Assembly (NCBI GenBank): GCA_034520945.1
Contig: JAXHNB010000009.1
Location: 64,001-128,000, forward strand
Reading direction: 5' to 3'
From: Trueperaceae bacterium
GTDB taxonomy: Bacteria; Deinococcota; Deinococci; Deinococcales; Trueperaceae
Length of the DNA: 64,000 nt
The position numbers were made by a program, and so were the translations under genes. The notes under the pieces are model-generated. The model made no database searches, was not told where the DNA came from, and was given only the letters and a program-made list of their open reading frames with translations. Positions 26,988 through 36,048 of this stretch are shown here, piece after piece (the stretch's first letter is position 1; the number at the start of each line of letters is the position of its first letter).

Positions 26988-29720
26988 CTACTTCGGCACC
27001 GGCGCCACGTGGACCGGCGGCGTGATCACGGCCGACTTCGTCCCGTTCGGCGCGTCGATGGTCAGCCGGATCCAGACGTCGTCGTCCTCGTACGCGAACG
27101 TCACCTCCCAGAACTCCTGCCCCAGCCCCTTCTCGCCGCTCGGGATCATCGTGAGCACGTCGCCGCTCGCGACGGTCTCGTAGTCCACCTGGTTCGTCGA
27201 CACGGCCCACTCGTACGTGGCCGGCGTCTCGAAGACCTGGCTGATCTCGCCGCCGAGCCCGACGATGTCGCCGACGGCCAGAACGTCGCCGGGCGCCGGA
27301 TGGGTGATGCTGACCCACAACTCCGGCCCCTGCGTCACGTCGATGGTGACCTCGGCCGTGCCCGTCGCACCCTGGTCGTCGGTGGCGGTAACGGTCCACG
27401 TCCGCGCGCCCAGCGTCGAGAAGGCGACGGTCGGCTCGCATCCCTCCAGGTCCGGGTCGTCCGGATGGTCGCTCTCCCAGGCGAACGCCTCGCACGGCAC
27501 GCCCAGCTGGTTGACGTCGGACGCCTGGGCGTTGAACACCCAGGTCTTGTTGCTGGCGAGGGTCTCGCCTTCGGTCGGAAAGACGATCTCGGCCAGCGGC
27601 GGGTCGTTCAGGGCCGTGACGGTGACCGTGTCGGTGCCGGTCACCCCGTCCGAGTCGGTCGCGCTGGCCGTGACCTGGTGCACGCCGGCGGAGAGGGCGT
27701 TCAGCGCGCCGCTTCCCGTTCCGAGGAAGCCGTCGACGTCGGAGGTCCAGCGAACTACGCAGCAGTCCTCGCCGTCCTCGAGGTCGATGGCGGTCGCCTC
27801 GAACGTCGCGGGGAAGCCGTACGTCACCTCGGGACCGGGCTGAAGGATGACCACCTTGGGCGGGGTGTTGCCGAGCCGGCTCTTCACCGCGCCGATCGCG
27901 TTGACGTAGCGGTTGACGGCCGGGTCGTTGCTGGGGTGCGCGGTCGAGACGAGCACGCTCAGCACCTGACCTGCGTCCAGGCTCGGCTCGGCTGCCCAGA
28001 TCAGGGCGGCGACGCCGGCCGCGAACGGCGAGGCGACGCTCGTGCCGCCGGTGACGCCCATGACGCCGCTCTCGGGGTTCTGCGGATCGTCGGGCGTGAA
28101 GACGACGAAGGGGGCGTAGATGTCGACCTGCTCGTCCCCCCAGTTCGAGCCCACGTGTCGCCACTGCGACGCCATCCGGATCCCGCCGACGCAGGTCACG
28201 CCGACGTTCTCGCAGGGGGTGTGCCAGGCCTCCTCCCAGCAGAAGATGAAGCAGCTCTCGGCGTCGACGTCCTGGGCGTCGTTGCCCGCGGCGGCGAACA
28301 CGAGCGCGCCCGAGGCGCTCGCCGCTGCGGTGCTGGCGTTGAACGGCTCGACCGACCAAGCCACCGGGGCAGGCACGCGCGCGCCGAAGCTCATGTTGAC
28401 GATGTCGGCTCCGCGAGCCAGCGCCTCGGCCAGCGCGAGGTTGCCCATGAAGAAGTCGGGCGTGGTGTGGATCATCACGAGGTCGGCGATCGGCCCGGCG
28501 CTCCCGGCGGTCCCGAAGCCGTTGTCGGGAACGCCGGCGGCCGTGAGCGCGACGTTCGTCCCGTGGAACGGACAGGGATTGTCCCCGCCGCACGAGCCGG
28601 CGTTCTGGGTGAAGGTCGCCTGCAGGCCCGGGACCACCGAGGCGGACTCCCAGCCCTGCGGAAAATCGTCGTTCGGGAAGAAGCCGCCGTCCAGAACGGC
28701 GATCTTGACGCGCTGGTCCAGCAGGCCCCACGCCTCGAGCGCCCACCATGCCTCGGGCGCGCCGATGTCGAGGGAGCCGGCGAAGGCGCCCATGTACGAC
28801 CAGTCGAAGGCGTTTCCGGAGGTGTAGCGGCCGTCGCTGCCGGACATCGTGGGCGCCTCCTCCGACAGCGCGTCGGTGAACGTGTGGCCCTCCCCCACCC
28901 AGTTCACGCCGACCTGGACGCCGGACGCCCTCTCGGCTGCGGCGACGGCGACGAGGTCCAGGCCCGCCTGGCTCGCGAACGCGAGGTCGGCGCGCGGCTC
29001 GGGGTCGATCGCGGCCAGGTCGTCCACGAGGGCTTGCGCACGCAACCCCGCCGCCTGCGGGTCCACCCGCACCAGGTGCAGCGTCGGGCCGCCCGGCACG
29101 CCGCCGTCGGCCGGGCCGAGGCTGCGCAACAGCTCGCCATTGCGGCGCGCGAGGAAGTCGTCGAGCTCGTCCGGATCGTCGCTCATGAGCACCAACTCGT
29201 CGGCGACGAAGTCGGCCTGGATCCCGCGCGCATCCGTCAGCGTCGTCACGGGCCGGGGTCGCCCGTCGCCGAGCGGCGGGAGCGTCTCGACGTGCGGCGC
29301 GAGCGCCGGGTCGACGCGGACGGTGGTGGGGGGCGCCTCCTCGGCCACGGCCAGCCGCAGGGTGAACGCGCCCGAGGCGCGCCCAGCCGTAGCCTCGACA
29401 TTCAGATCGTACGTTCCGATCGGAACCTCGTCGCCCACGCGCAACGTGAGCGTGCTGGCCTCGCCGTCTACGGGATCGGGATCGAACGTGCCCTCGATGC
29501 CGGCCGCGCCGGACGCGAGCTGCAGCTCGACCGCTTCCTCCACGCCGCCGGCACGATCGATCGTCACGGCGAACGTCTCCTGCGTTCCCGGTGCCAGCGT
29601 CCGCTCGGCGGGACGCACCTCGACATCGACCCCTCCGCCGCCGGTCGTGCCGCCGCCGCTTCCGCAGCCGGAAAGCCACACCAGGACCGCAAGCACGAGG
29701 ACTGCCGTCGTTCCACGCAT
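26988..29720 (-). CDS. S8 subtilisin-like serine protease lipoprotein with Ig/PKD-like domains
   Basis: Lipobox LSGC; triad VLDGG, HGTNVA, GGTSVASP; AAAGN; Thr-rich beta domains; AAGGAGG RBS. Confidence 0.88.
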   Translation of the reverse strand: MRGTTAVLVLAVLVWLSGCGSGGGTTGGGGVDVEVRPAERTLAPGTQETFAVTIDRAGGVEEAVELQLASGAAGIEGTFDPDPVDGEASTLTLRVGDEVPIGTYDLNVEATAGRASGAFTLRLAVAEEAPPTTVRVDPALAPHVETLPPLGDGRPRPVTTLTDARGIQADFVADELVLMSDDPDELDDFLARRNGELLRSLGPADGGVPGGPTLHLVRVDPQAAGLRAQALVDDLAAIDPEPRADLAFASQAGLDLVAVAAAERASGVQVGVNWVGEGHTFTDALSEEAPTMSGSDGRYTSGNAFDWSYMGAFAGSLDIGAPEAWWALEAWGLLDQRVKIAVLDGGFFPNDDFPQGWESASVVPGLQATFTQNAGSCGGDNPCPFHGTNVALTAAGVPDNGFGTAGSAGPIADLVMIHTTPDFFMGNLALAEALARGADIVNMSFGARVPAPVAWSVEPFNASTAAASASGALVFAAAGNDAQDVDAESCFIFCWEEAWHTPCENVGVTCVGGIRMASQWRHVGSNWGDEQVDIYAPFVVFTPDDPQNPESGVMGVTGGTSVASPFAAGVAALIWAAEPSLDAGQVLSVLVSTAHPSNDPAVNRYVNAIGAVKSRLGNTPPKVVILQPGPEVTYGFPATFEATAIDLEDGEDCCVVRWTSDVDGFLGTGSGALNALSAGVHQVTASATDSDGVTGTDTVTVTALNDPPLAEIVFPTEGETLASNKTWVFNAQASDVNQLGVPCEAFAWESDHPDDPDLEGCEPTVAFSTLGARTWTVTATDDQGATGTAEVTIDVTQGPELWVSITHPAPGDVLAVGDIVGLGGEISQVFETPATYEWAVSTNQVDYETVASGDVLTMIPSGEKGLGQEFWEVTFAYEDDDVWIRLTIDAPNGTKSAVITPPVHVAPVPK

Positions 29721-29853
29721 CGTCGCCTCCTTCCGGTCGGCGGGCTTCGGCGCGCCTCGGAATCCTCCGCGGCGCATGCGGGCCGACCGTGATGCGCGAA
29801 GGCTAGGATGGCGACCGTGTCGCGGCCGTGTCGCGAGGGGCGACGCCGTCGTG

Positions 29854-30870
29854 CTAACGCCAGGGCAATCCCGCGCGGCGCGCCCAGTACGCCTCCGGCG
29901 CTTCGATCAACGAATCGAGCGTCGCCCACACCCGTTCGTCCAGGACAAGCTCGAGAGCACGGAGGTTCGAGTGCAGCTGGTCCGGCGTCACGGCGCCGCT
30001 CAGGACGACGTCCGCCCACGGCTGGGCGAGCGCCGCGGCTAGGGCGAGCGCGTCGACCGGGACCTCGAGCCGTGTCGCCTCCGCCTGCAGGCGGGTCGTC
30101 ACCGCGGCATCGCGGGCCTCGTCGCTACGCGCCGCCAGCCGACCGTTGGCAAGCGCCTCCTTCACGATCACGCCCATGCCGGCGGCGTGCGCCTCGGCCA
30201 GCGCCGCGGCGGCCGATCGCTCGAGGACGTTCCAGGTCGACTGGACGGCGTCGAACACGCGGACGCCGTCCAGCTGCAGGTCGGTCGCCCGGGCGATGAC
30301 CTCGGCCTGGTCCGGACCGCTCGTGGACAGGCCCACGCGCACGCCCTTCTCCTTGAGGGCGGCCAGGGCCGCCAGCAGCGGGCGGTCCTCCAAGGCGCCG
30401 CTCGACAGGGTCAGGGAGTGCACCTGGTACAGGTCGAGGTGGTCGCCGAGGTGCTGCCGCGTCTCGGCCCACTGCGTCCGGAACCGTGGCAGCGAGAGCT
30501 CCTTGACCTCGTGCACGTCGGCGTCGATTTGCCAGTCCGCGGTGTAGGCGTAGCCCCACTTCGACCCCACCACCACCGCGGAAGGCGCGATCCCGTTCTT
30601 CGCGAGCCAACGACCCAGGAACGCCTCCGCCCGGCCGTACGACCGGGCCGCATCGAAGTAGCGCACCCCGGCCCTCCATGCCTCGTCCAACACCTGGTGC
30701 GCCCGCGCCTCCATCGCCGCCACGCTGCGCTCCCGGCCCAGGTCGGCGTCACGGCCGAGGTTGATGTAACCAGGGCGGCCCAGCGCCGCCAGGCCGAGGC
30801 CGAGCGGCGAGACGGCCGGGCCATTTGGGCCGAGGGTGCGCGGGCGGTCGGGTCGAGCGTGGGGCGTCAC
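29854..30870 (-). CDS. Aldo/keto reductase
   Basis: GLGLAALGRPGYI, FDAARSYG, GSKWG, DLYQVHS; TACGCT-N6-GTG. Confidence 0.9.
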   Translation of the reverse strand: MTPHARPDRPRTLGPNGPAVSPLGLGLAALGRPGYINLGRDADLGRERSVAAMEARAHQVLDEAWRAGVRYFDAARSYGRAEAFLGRWLAKNGIAPSAVVVGSKWGYAYTADWQIDADVHEVKELSLPRFRTQWAETRQHLGDHLDLYQVHSLTLSSGALEDRPLLAALAALKEKGVRVGLSTSGPDQAEVIARATDLQLDGVRVFDAVQSTWNVLERSAAAALAEAHAAGMGVIVKEALANGRLAARSDEARDAAVTTRLQAEATRLEVPVDALALAAALAQPWADVVLSGAVTPDQLHSNLRALELVLDERVWATLDSLIEAPEAYWARRAGLPWR

Positions 30871-30930
30871 GGGGTCAGCGTACCGGCTCCCGATGGGGTG
30901 CGCGGAGCGTCGCACGGATGCATTACGTCA

Positions 30931-30973
30931 TGGGCGGTACTGGATTCGAACCCGTCGCCCCTCGCGTACGAAG
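30931..30973 (-). repeat. Degenerate copy of the tRNA-Val 3' half (att-like direct repeat)
   Basis: 37/43 identical to 35828-35870 by manual alignment, first 16 nt exact. Confidence 0.85.
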
Positions 30974-31039
30974 GGTGCCGAGCCGTACCGTGTCGTCGCT
31001 CCGGTGCCGACATGTCCCCAGCACCAAGAAGGCGCACCC

Positions 31040-31057
31040 TTGTGAAACAAAGGACAA
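31040..31057 (+). promoter_or_regulatory. Possible Rex operator upstream of the pflB remnant
   Basis: TTGTGAA-ACAA-AGGACAA versus consensus TTGTGAA-N4-TTCACAA (3 mismatches). Confidence 0.4.
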
Positions 31058-31191
31058 TCGCCCGTGGGCCGGGCGCGCCGGCGTGCGTATCGTGTCGTTC
31101 AAGCGAGCGCGACCCCGGCCGTTGGTGCTCCCACCCACTCGCTCGGATGTCCGGAGCGCCGCCGTTCACGCCATGCACCGAGGTGCCGCGC

Positions 31192-31424
31192 ATGCCCACC
31201 CTCTCCCCCGACGTCCCCGTCACCGCTGCCACGTAGCCCGCCGCCTGGCGCAGCTTCACCTCCGGCCCGTGGACCGAGGGCATCGACGTGCGTGACTTCA
31301 TTCAGCGCAACTACGCCCTCTACGAGGGCAGTGCTTCCTTCCTGGCCCCCGCCACCGAGCGCACCCGGGAACTGTGGGCGCGCCTCGGCCTGATCTTCGA
31401 AGAGGACCGCCGCCGCGGCGTGCT
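31192..31424 (+). pseudogene. pflB: 5' fragment of pyruvate formate-lyase with a TAG at 31234
   Basis: AWRSFTSGPWTEGIDVRDFIQRNYALYEGSASFLAPATERTRELW matches the PflB N-terminus. Confidence 0.85.
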
Positions 31425-31426
31425 GG

Positions 31427-31807
31427 TTCATCCTCTTCTTCGCCGTCCAGTTGGTGGCCTTCCTCCTGTTGCTCCTGACATCGAACGCGCTCCTGTTCCA
31501 GGTCCTGCTCTTTACCGTGCTGACGATGTACGGCGGTGGGTTCGCGTCGCTCCCCGCCTTTATCGGCGACCCGTTCGGGACGAAGCACCTGGCCGCCATC
31601 CACGGCCTCCTGCTTACCGCCTGGTCGATGGCGGGCATCGTGGGACCGATGGTGGTCGCTAGCGTCCGGGACCGGGCCGGCAGCTACGAGCTGTCGTTCT
31701 ACCTCTTCGCGGGGCTGCTCCTACTGGCCCTCGCCACCTCCCTCGCCATGACCGCCGACCTACGGAGGGTCCGGCAACGGAACGCCCTGTCGTTCGCCGA
31801 GGCGTGA
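31427..31807 (+). pseudogene. 3' fragment of an oxalate/formate antiporter (OFA)-family MFS
   Basis: MYGGGFASLPAFIGDPFGTKHLAAIHGLLLTAWSMAGIVGP; only the last TMs remain. Confidence 0.8.
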
Positions 31808-31813
31808 GGGGCC

Positions 31814-32225
31814 TTACCCGCCCTCCCCCGTGCTCACGAGGTGACGGAAGTTTGCTGGTGGATAGACCGGCAGTTGCCCCGCCATCCCAAGTAGATGCCG
31901 ATCGCCAGAGACGATGACGGCCCGAGCGTGATCCGCGAGAGCGACGAGGTCGTCGTCGGGATCCTCCGCACGCAGCAACGGCGGTTGGACGGGATCACCC
32001 ACGACCTTCGCCCCTTCGCTCAGGAGCGTCAGGAACGCTTCGACCTCGCCTTCGTGTCGACCGAATCTTCGGGTACGCCAGGACGCGCCGCAACTCCTCC
32101 AGCAGCAACGGCGATACGACGACCTCGAACGCTCCGTCGAACCACAGTCGCAGGAGCTCCGCAGGCGTCCCCTGCCGAGACAGCAAGGCTGCGACGAGGA
32201 CGTTGACATCCAGGACGCACCTCAC
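31814..32225 (-). pseudogene. PIN-family toxin, frameshifted near 32058
   Basis: VLDVNVLVAALL...ELRRVLAYPKI then, in another frame, EDPDDD...IVSGDRHLL. Confidence 0.8.
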
Positions 32226-32455
32226 GCTCCGTCGTTACGCCTCACGCTTTCTTGCGCCTCACGAGCAAGTTCCATCGCCTCGTCCTCGGGCATCTCGTTG
32301 CGATCCCAAATCCGCTCGAGCAGATCAAACCCCAGATCCCGACGCAGTGCGGCCTCGACGATCTCGCTGTCGCGTTTGCCGGTGCGGGCGGCACGAACCC
32401 TCACCGCCTTCCAGACCTCTTCGTCGATGGTCAGCGTGGTGCGAATCTTCGTCAT
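32222..32455 (-). CDS. Ribbon-helix-helix antitoxin
   Basis: RTTLTIDEEVWKAVRVRAA...SEIVEAALR; GTGA overlap with the PIN gene. Confidence 0.82.
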   Translation of the reverse strand: MTKIRTTLTIDEEVWKAVRVRAARTGKRDSEIVEAALRRDLGFDLLERIWDRNEMPEDEAMELAREAQESVRRNDGA

Positions 32456-32486
32456 AGCTGCATCATGGCATCACGATGCCGGCAAA

Positions 32487-32933
32487 TCAGCTCGGCGGTA
32501 GCACAGCGGCATCGGTCGCCGGGACGCCAAGCGCAGTGGCGCAGGCGAGTAGGGACCGGTCGAGCGTGTGCAGCGTCTCGCCGTGGCGCGCGGCATTGGC
32601 GAGGTGCAGCGCGTCGGGACCTCGCAAGCCGAGCTGGGGGTCGTGAAGCAGCAGCGCGCGTGCGAGCTCGTAGTCTTCCGTGGTCGGCTCCAGGACGGCG
32701 TAGATCCTGTGGGCGTGCGCCTCGAGCTCCCTGGCGACGTCGTGCGCGCTTCCCTCGAGCTGCTTCATGCGCTCGAGGCGGGCGAGGGCGCTGGTGAATT
32801 CGACGAGCGTCCACGCGCTGGTGGCAAGGGTGCCGGGGGGTGCGGCCCGGAGGACGGCTTCGACGCGTCCGCTGCTCGCTTCGGCAAGGTAGTAGGGGAT
32901 CAGGAAGCTGGTGTCGAGGTAGATGGCTAGCAC
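32487..32933 (-). CDS. vapC: VapC PIN toxin
   Basis: YLDTSFL, TLVEFTSAL, LRGPDALHL, TLDRSL. Confidence 0.88.
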   Translation of the reverse strand: MLAIYLDTSFLIPYYLAEASSGRVEAVLRAAPPGTLATSAWTLVEFTSALARLERMKQLEGSAHDVARELEAHAHRIYAVLEPTTEDYELARALLLHDPQLGLRGPDALHLANAARHGETLHTLDRSLLACATALGVPATDAAVLPPS

Positions 32934-33154
32934 CTCTCCTCCTCACGCATGCGCAGGAGCTCGTCGACGGCGCTGCCGCGCACGCGGCCATGACGCGCGC
33001 GGAACGTGCTCATATCGGGCGCGGCCTGCTTGGGTGGATTGAGGGTGGCGACCGCCTTCCCATAGCGGGTGATGGTGATGCTCTCCCCCATTTGGGCGCG
33101 CTTGAGCAGCTCGCTAAGGTGCTTCTTGGCTTCTGCGGTGGTGACTTCCGCCAT
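32927..33154 (-). CDS. Phd/YefM antitoxin
   Basis: EAKKHLSELLKRAQMGESITITRYGKAVA; GGAGG RBS; TGGTCA direct repeats upstream. Confidence 0.9.
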   Translation of the reverse strand: MAEVTTAEAKKHLSELLKRAQMGESITITRYGKAVATLNPPKQAAPDMSTFRARHGRVRGSAVDELLRMREEERC

Positions 33155-33499
33155 GCCAGCCTCCCAGGATGACCAACAGTGTGACCATGATAGCGGGTTG
33201 GGGCTGACGTGTCACCGCGCCGCGTGCGGTCGCTTCCGGTGACGGAACCCCTGGCTAGCAGTAGAAATTGCGTGGCCACGAAGCCTCTACGAGGCCCTGA
33301 GCGGTTCAGGAGGTGCTCACCCTCCCGACCGCGAGCTCGGCGGTAGCACGAATGGAGGTCGCCAGGCGAAGCGTATGCTGAAACCGCCGCGATGACCGAT
33401 TGAAATCGCCGTCCACGACCCAACCGGCGTCGACAGCTCCTATCTCATTCAGGAACCTCTCGACCACATCGCTGTTTCAGATCGTACGGGACGCTGTCC

Positions 33500-33719
33500 A
33501 CGCCCAGGACGAATGGGAAGGCCGAGCGGTTCATCCAGACGCTGACGAGGGAGTGGGCGTACGCTCACGCCTACACCTAGCACCATTCCCACCAGCGCGC
33601 AGCAAACGTACCCGGTTACGTCCACGATGACAACTTCCGCCGCGAACACGGCGGCATCGGCTACCAGGCGCCGATCCACCGCCTTCACCCAGGAACACAT
33701 AACCTCATGGCGATCCACA
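33500..33719 (+). mobile_element. IS481-family right-end remnant (transposase C-terminus and terminal ...ACA)
   Basis: TPRTNGKAERFIQTLTREWAY and, after a frame disruption, NFRREHGGIGYQAPIHRL...NLMAIHS; ends CCACA. Confidence 0.8.
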
Positions 33720-33729
33720 GCTAGCGCTC

Positions 33730-34137
33730 GTGCGGCACGTCCTCCGCACGCTCGTGAAGCAGGGCCACCCGGGCGCGCTGGAGATGCTCGGCTTCGTGGC
33801 GGACACGCCGATCGTCGTCGATCAGCGGACGGTGGAGCCGGACGCTGTCGCGATCGGAAGCCGGGTACGGATCGAGGTCGACCTGCGCAACCTCGACGCC
33901 GACCCCAGGTCGGTCCTCGTCGACCGGCGAGTGGACTTCGTGAAAGCGAACGGGTCGCTTCGACCACAGGTGTTCAAGGGTGCGACGCTCGACCTGGCCT
34001 CCGGTGCGACCGGACGTGTCCGCAAGGGGGTCATCCTTGCTTAGCACAGCACACGCATGCCGTACCCCGGCCACCACAACGTCGAGGCGCTGGTGAACGG
34101 GATCGCCATGGGGAACGCGTGGTCCACCGTGACGTGA
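33730..34137 (+). pseudogene. C-terminal fragment of a DNA alkylation repair-family protein with internal TAG
   Basis: RHVLRTLVKQGHPGALEMLGF...FVKANG...VFK...*HSTRMPYPGHH; begins right after the IS end. Confidence 0.7.
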
Positions 34138-34203
34138 CCGTCGTCGTCAACGACAGCCCATGTGCCCGGTGGCGTGCGTCCGAAGTACACCGCCCTGGAT
34201 CAC

Positions 34204-34758
34204 CTACGGGTCACGAGCGATCGTGATGGGCACGCCGTTCTCGAGCGTGTCCTTGGTCACGCACAGACGGTCGGCCGCGGCATGCAGCCTCTCGACACGT
34301 CGCGGGTCCGTGCCTTCCTCGACCTCGAGGTGGACCGACATCTCGATCGACGGGAACCCCACGCCGACGGCCGGGTCCATGGCGAGGCACCCCCGGGCGT
34401 CGACGTCGCCACGGGCGATCACCTCGAGCGACTCGATCGACACCGCCATTTTGTCGGCGACCATCCGCAGCGTCGACTCGTAGCAACCGGCGAGCGCGGC
34501 GAGCAGCATCTCGGCCGCATTGGGCAGGTCGTTGTCACCCCCGATCTTGTCGTCGATGCCGAGCTCCCAGGCCGTCCGGGGGTAGGGGCCGTCCACCGAC
34601 ACCGCCACGTGGAACGGGCCCGCACCCTCCTCGGTGACGGTACGCGCCTGCTTGGGGATCAGCGCAGCTCGCGGATCCTCCCGGTACTGATCGATGAGCG
34701 GTGCCTGGCGCTGTCTGACGATGGACGTCGTGGTCGGGTTTGCAATACGATCGTTCAT
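34204..34758 (-). CDS. OsmC-family protein
   Basis: PNAAEMLLAALAGC and ADRLCVTKDTL (two Cys). Confidence 0.85.
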   Translation of the reverse strand: MNDRIANPTTTSIVRQRQAPLIDQYREDPRAALIPKQARTVTEEGAGPFHVAVSVDGPYPRTAWELGIDDKIGGDNDLPNAAEMLLAALAGCYESTLRMVADKMAVSIESLEVIARGDVDARGCLAMDPAVGVGFPSIEMSVHLEVEEGTDPRRVERLHAAADRLCVTKDTLENGVPITIARDP

Positions 34759-34781
34759 TCTTTTTATAGCGTACGATCGTT
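34746..34781. promoter_or_regulatory. Two TACGATCGTT boxes, probable TetR operators
   Basis: Exact 10-mer with palindromic ACGATCGT core at 34746-34755 and 34772-34781 at the divergent osmC/tetR junction. Confidence 0.55.
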
Positions 34782-34816
34782 TGTATCATCGTGTCAATGA
34801 CACGCGTGGAGGCGCC

Positions 34817-35443
34817 GTGACCCAGGACGAAACCCACACCGCCGACGGGCGACGATGGCGCGCCGACGGCCAACGAAGTCGCCGCCGGATCCTCGAGACG
34901 GCAGCGCGCTTGGCCACGGTGGAGGGACTCGAGGGCCTCTCGATCGGCCGTCTCGCTGCAGCGACCGGCATGAGCAAAGGGGGTGTGTACGCCCACTTCG
35001 GATCCAAGGAGGACCTTCAGCTGGCCACCATCGACAAGGCACGAGAAATCTTCATCGGCGTCGTCGTGCGTCCGGCAGCGGCGGCACCGAAGGGGGTGGA
35101 CCGATTGCGGGAGCTCTGCGCACGGTTCCTCGACCACGTGGACAAGCAGGTGTTCCCAGGCGGGTGCTTCTTCGCGTCGGTCGCTGCCGAGATGAGCGCC
35201 AGACCCGGCTCCGTTCGTGATCGGATCGCCCAGGAACAGCAGGCCTGGGTCGCCCTCCTGGAGCGGTACGCCACGGAGGCGCGACGGCTGGGCCAGCTGC
35301 CAGAGGACGCCGATCCGACCCAACTGGCCTTCGAGCTCAACGCGCTCGTCGTGGCGGCCAACACCGCCTACGTGCTCCACGGCGACCGGACAGGCCTCCA
35401 GCGCGCCGTTCGCGCGATCGAGGACCGGCTCAGCGTCGCGTGA
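34817..35443 (+). CDS. TetR/AcrR family regulator
   Basis: GLSIGRLAAATGMSKGGVYAHFGSKEDL, FPGGCFF; GGAGG RBS. Confidence 0.9.
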   Translation: MTQDETHTADGRRWRADGQRSRRRILETAARLATVEGLEGLSIGRLAAATGMSKGGVYAHFGSKEDLQLATIDKAREIFIGVVVRPAAAAPKGVDRLRELCARFLDHVDKQVFPGGCFFASVAAEMSARPGSVRDRIAQEQQAWVALLERYATEARRLGQLPEDADPTQLAFELNALVVAANTAYVLHGDRTGLQRAVRAIEDRLSVA

Positions 35444-35773
35444 ACCGTCGTGTCGCTCGACCGGCGCAGACCTGGTCGTTGCAGCGCAGCATCGCGGTGA
35501 CGGCACGGTTCGGATCGTTCTCGTCGGACTGTCGAACGCCGGCCCGACCTACGATCGATGACCTCGCACGTCGTGACCAGCGACTGGAGTTACCGCGGTC
35601 TTGTAGACCGGTCTTGGGTGCCTTTCGTCTCTCGATCGCCAGTCTCGGTGGTCGAGAACACGAGATAGCGACCCTTCCGACTGCCAGATCGCACGTCCCT
35701 CGTCCGCGTTCATTGGCTACTCGCTGCAACCAAGCTGCAACCAAGGAAGGTCCCCAAGGAAGGTCCACGCAAG

Positions 35774-35800
35774 ATCCCCCAACGTGACTCGTTGGGGGAT
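35774..35800 (-). terminator. Hairpin downstream of tRNA-Val
   Basis: ATCCCCCAACG-TGACT-CGTTGGGGGAT 11-bp stem. Confidence 0.6.
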
Positions 35801-35824
35801 TCGCGTCGCTGACGCCGCTTCTTA

Positions 35825-35899
35825 TGGTGGGCGGTACTGGATTTGAACCAGTGACCCCTCGCGTGTGAAGCGAGTGCTCTTCCGCTGAGCTAACCGCCC
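35825..35899 (-). tRNA. tRNA-Val(CAC)
   Basis: GGGCGGT/ACCGCCC acceptor stem, anticodon arm CTCGC-TTCACAC-GCGAG, T-loop GTTCAAAT, encoded CCA. Confidence 0.97.
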
Positions 35900-36048
35900 A
35901 AGCGTTCAGGAGTCTACTCCGCGACGGCGCGCACGTCAACGCCATGGCGCGCGTCAGGCAGAGGAATGCCCCTACCGCCGCAGTTCCTGCCCGCCTACCC
36001 TGGGGTACCCCTCGAGGTCGGGGCGCCCGGGCTCGTGAAAGGAACGTG

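Larger units (their letters stand above)
30931..35870. mobile_element. Decayed genomic islet integrated at the 3' end of tRNA-Val; no integrase recognised
   Basis: Bounded by the tRNA and its duplicated 3' half; contains pseudogenes, TA pairs and an IS end. Confidence 0.75.

Noticed and set aside
30931..30973. Second tRNA gene
   Set aside because: Only the 3' half is present, with a disrupted anticodon and no D-arm or 5' acceptor strand; treated as an att repeat
35590..35612. Anticodon-arm-like hairpin GCGGTCTTGTAGACCGG
   Set aside because: No surrounding cloverleaf or T-loop
35996..36007. TACCCTGGGGTA as a CsoR-like operator
   Set aside because: Short match, and the downstream ATPase has PEGL rather than a P1B CPx motif
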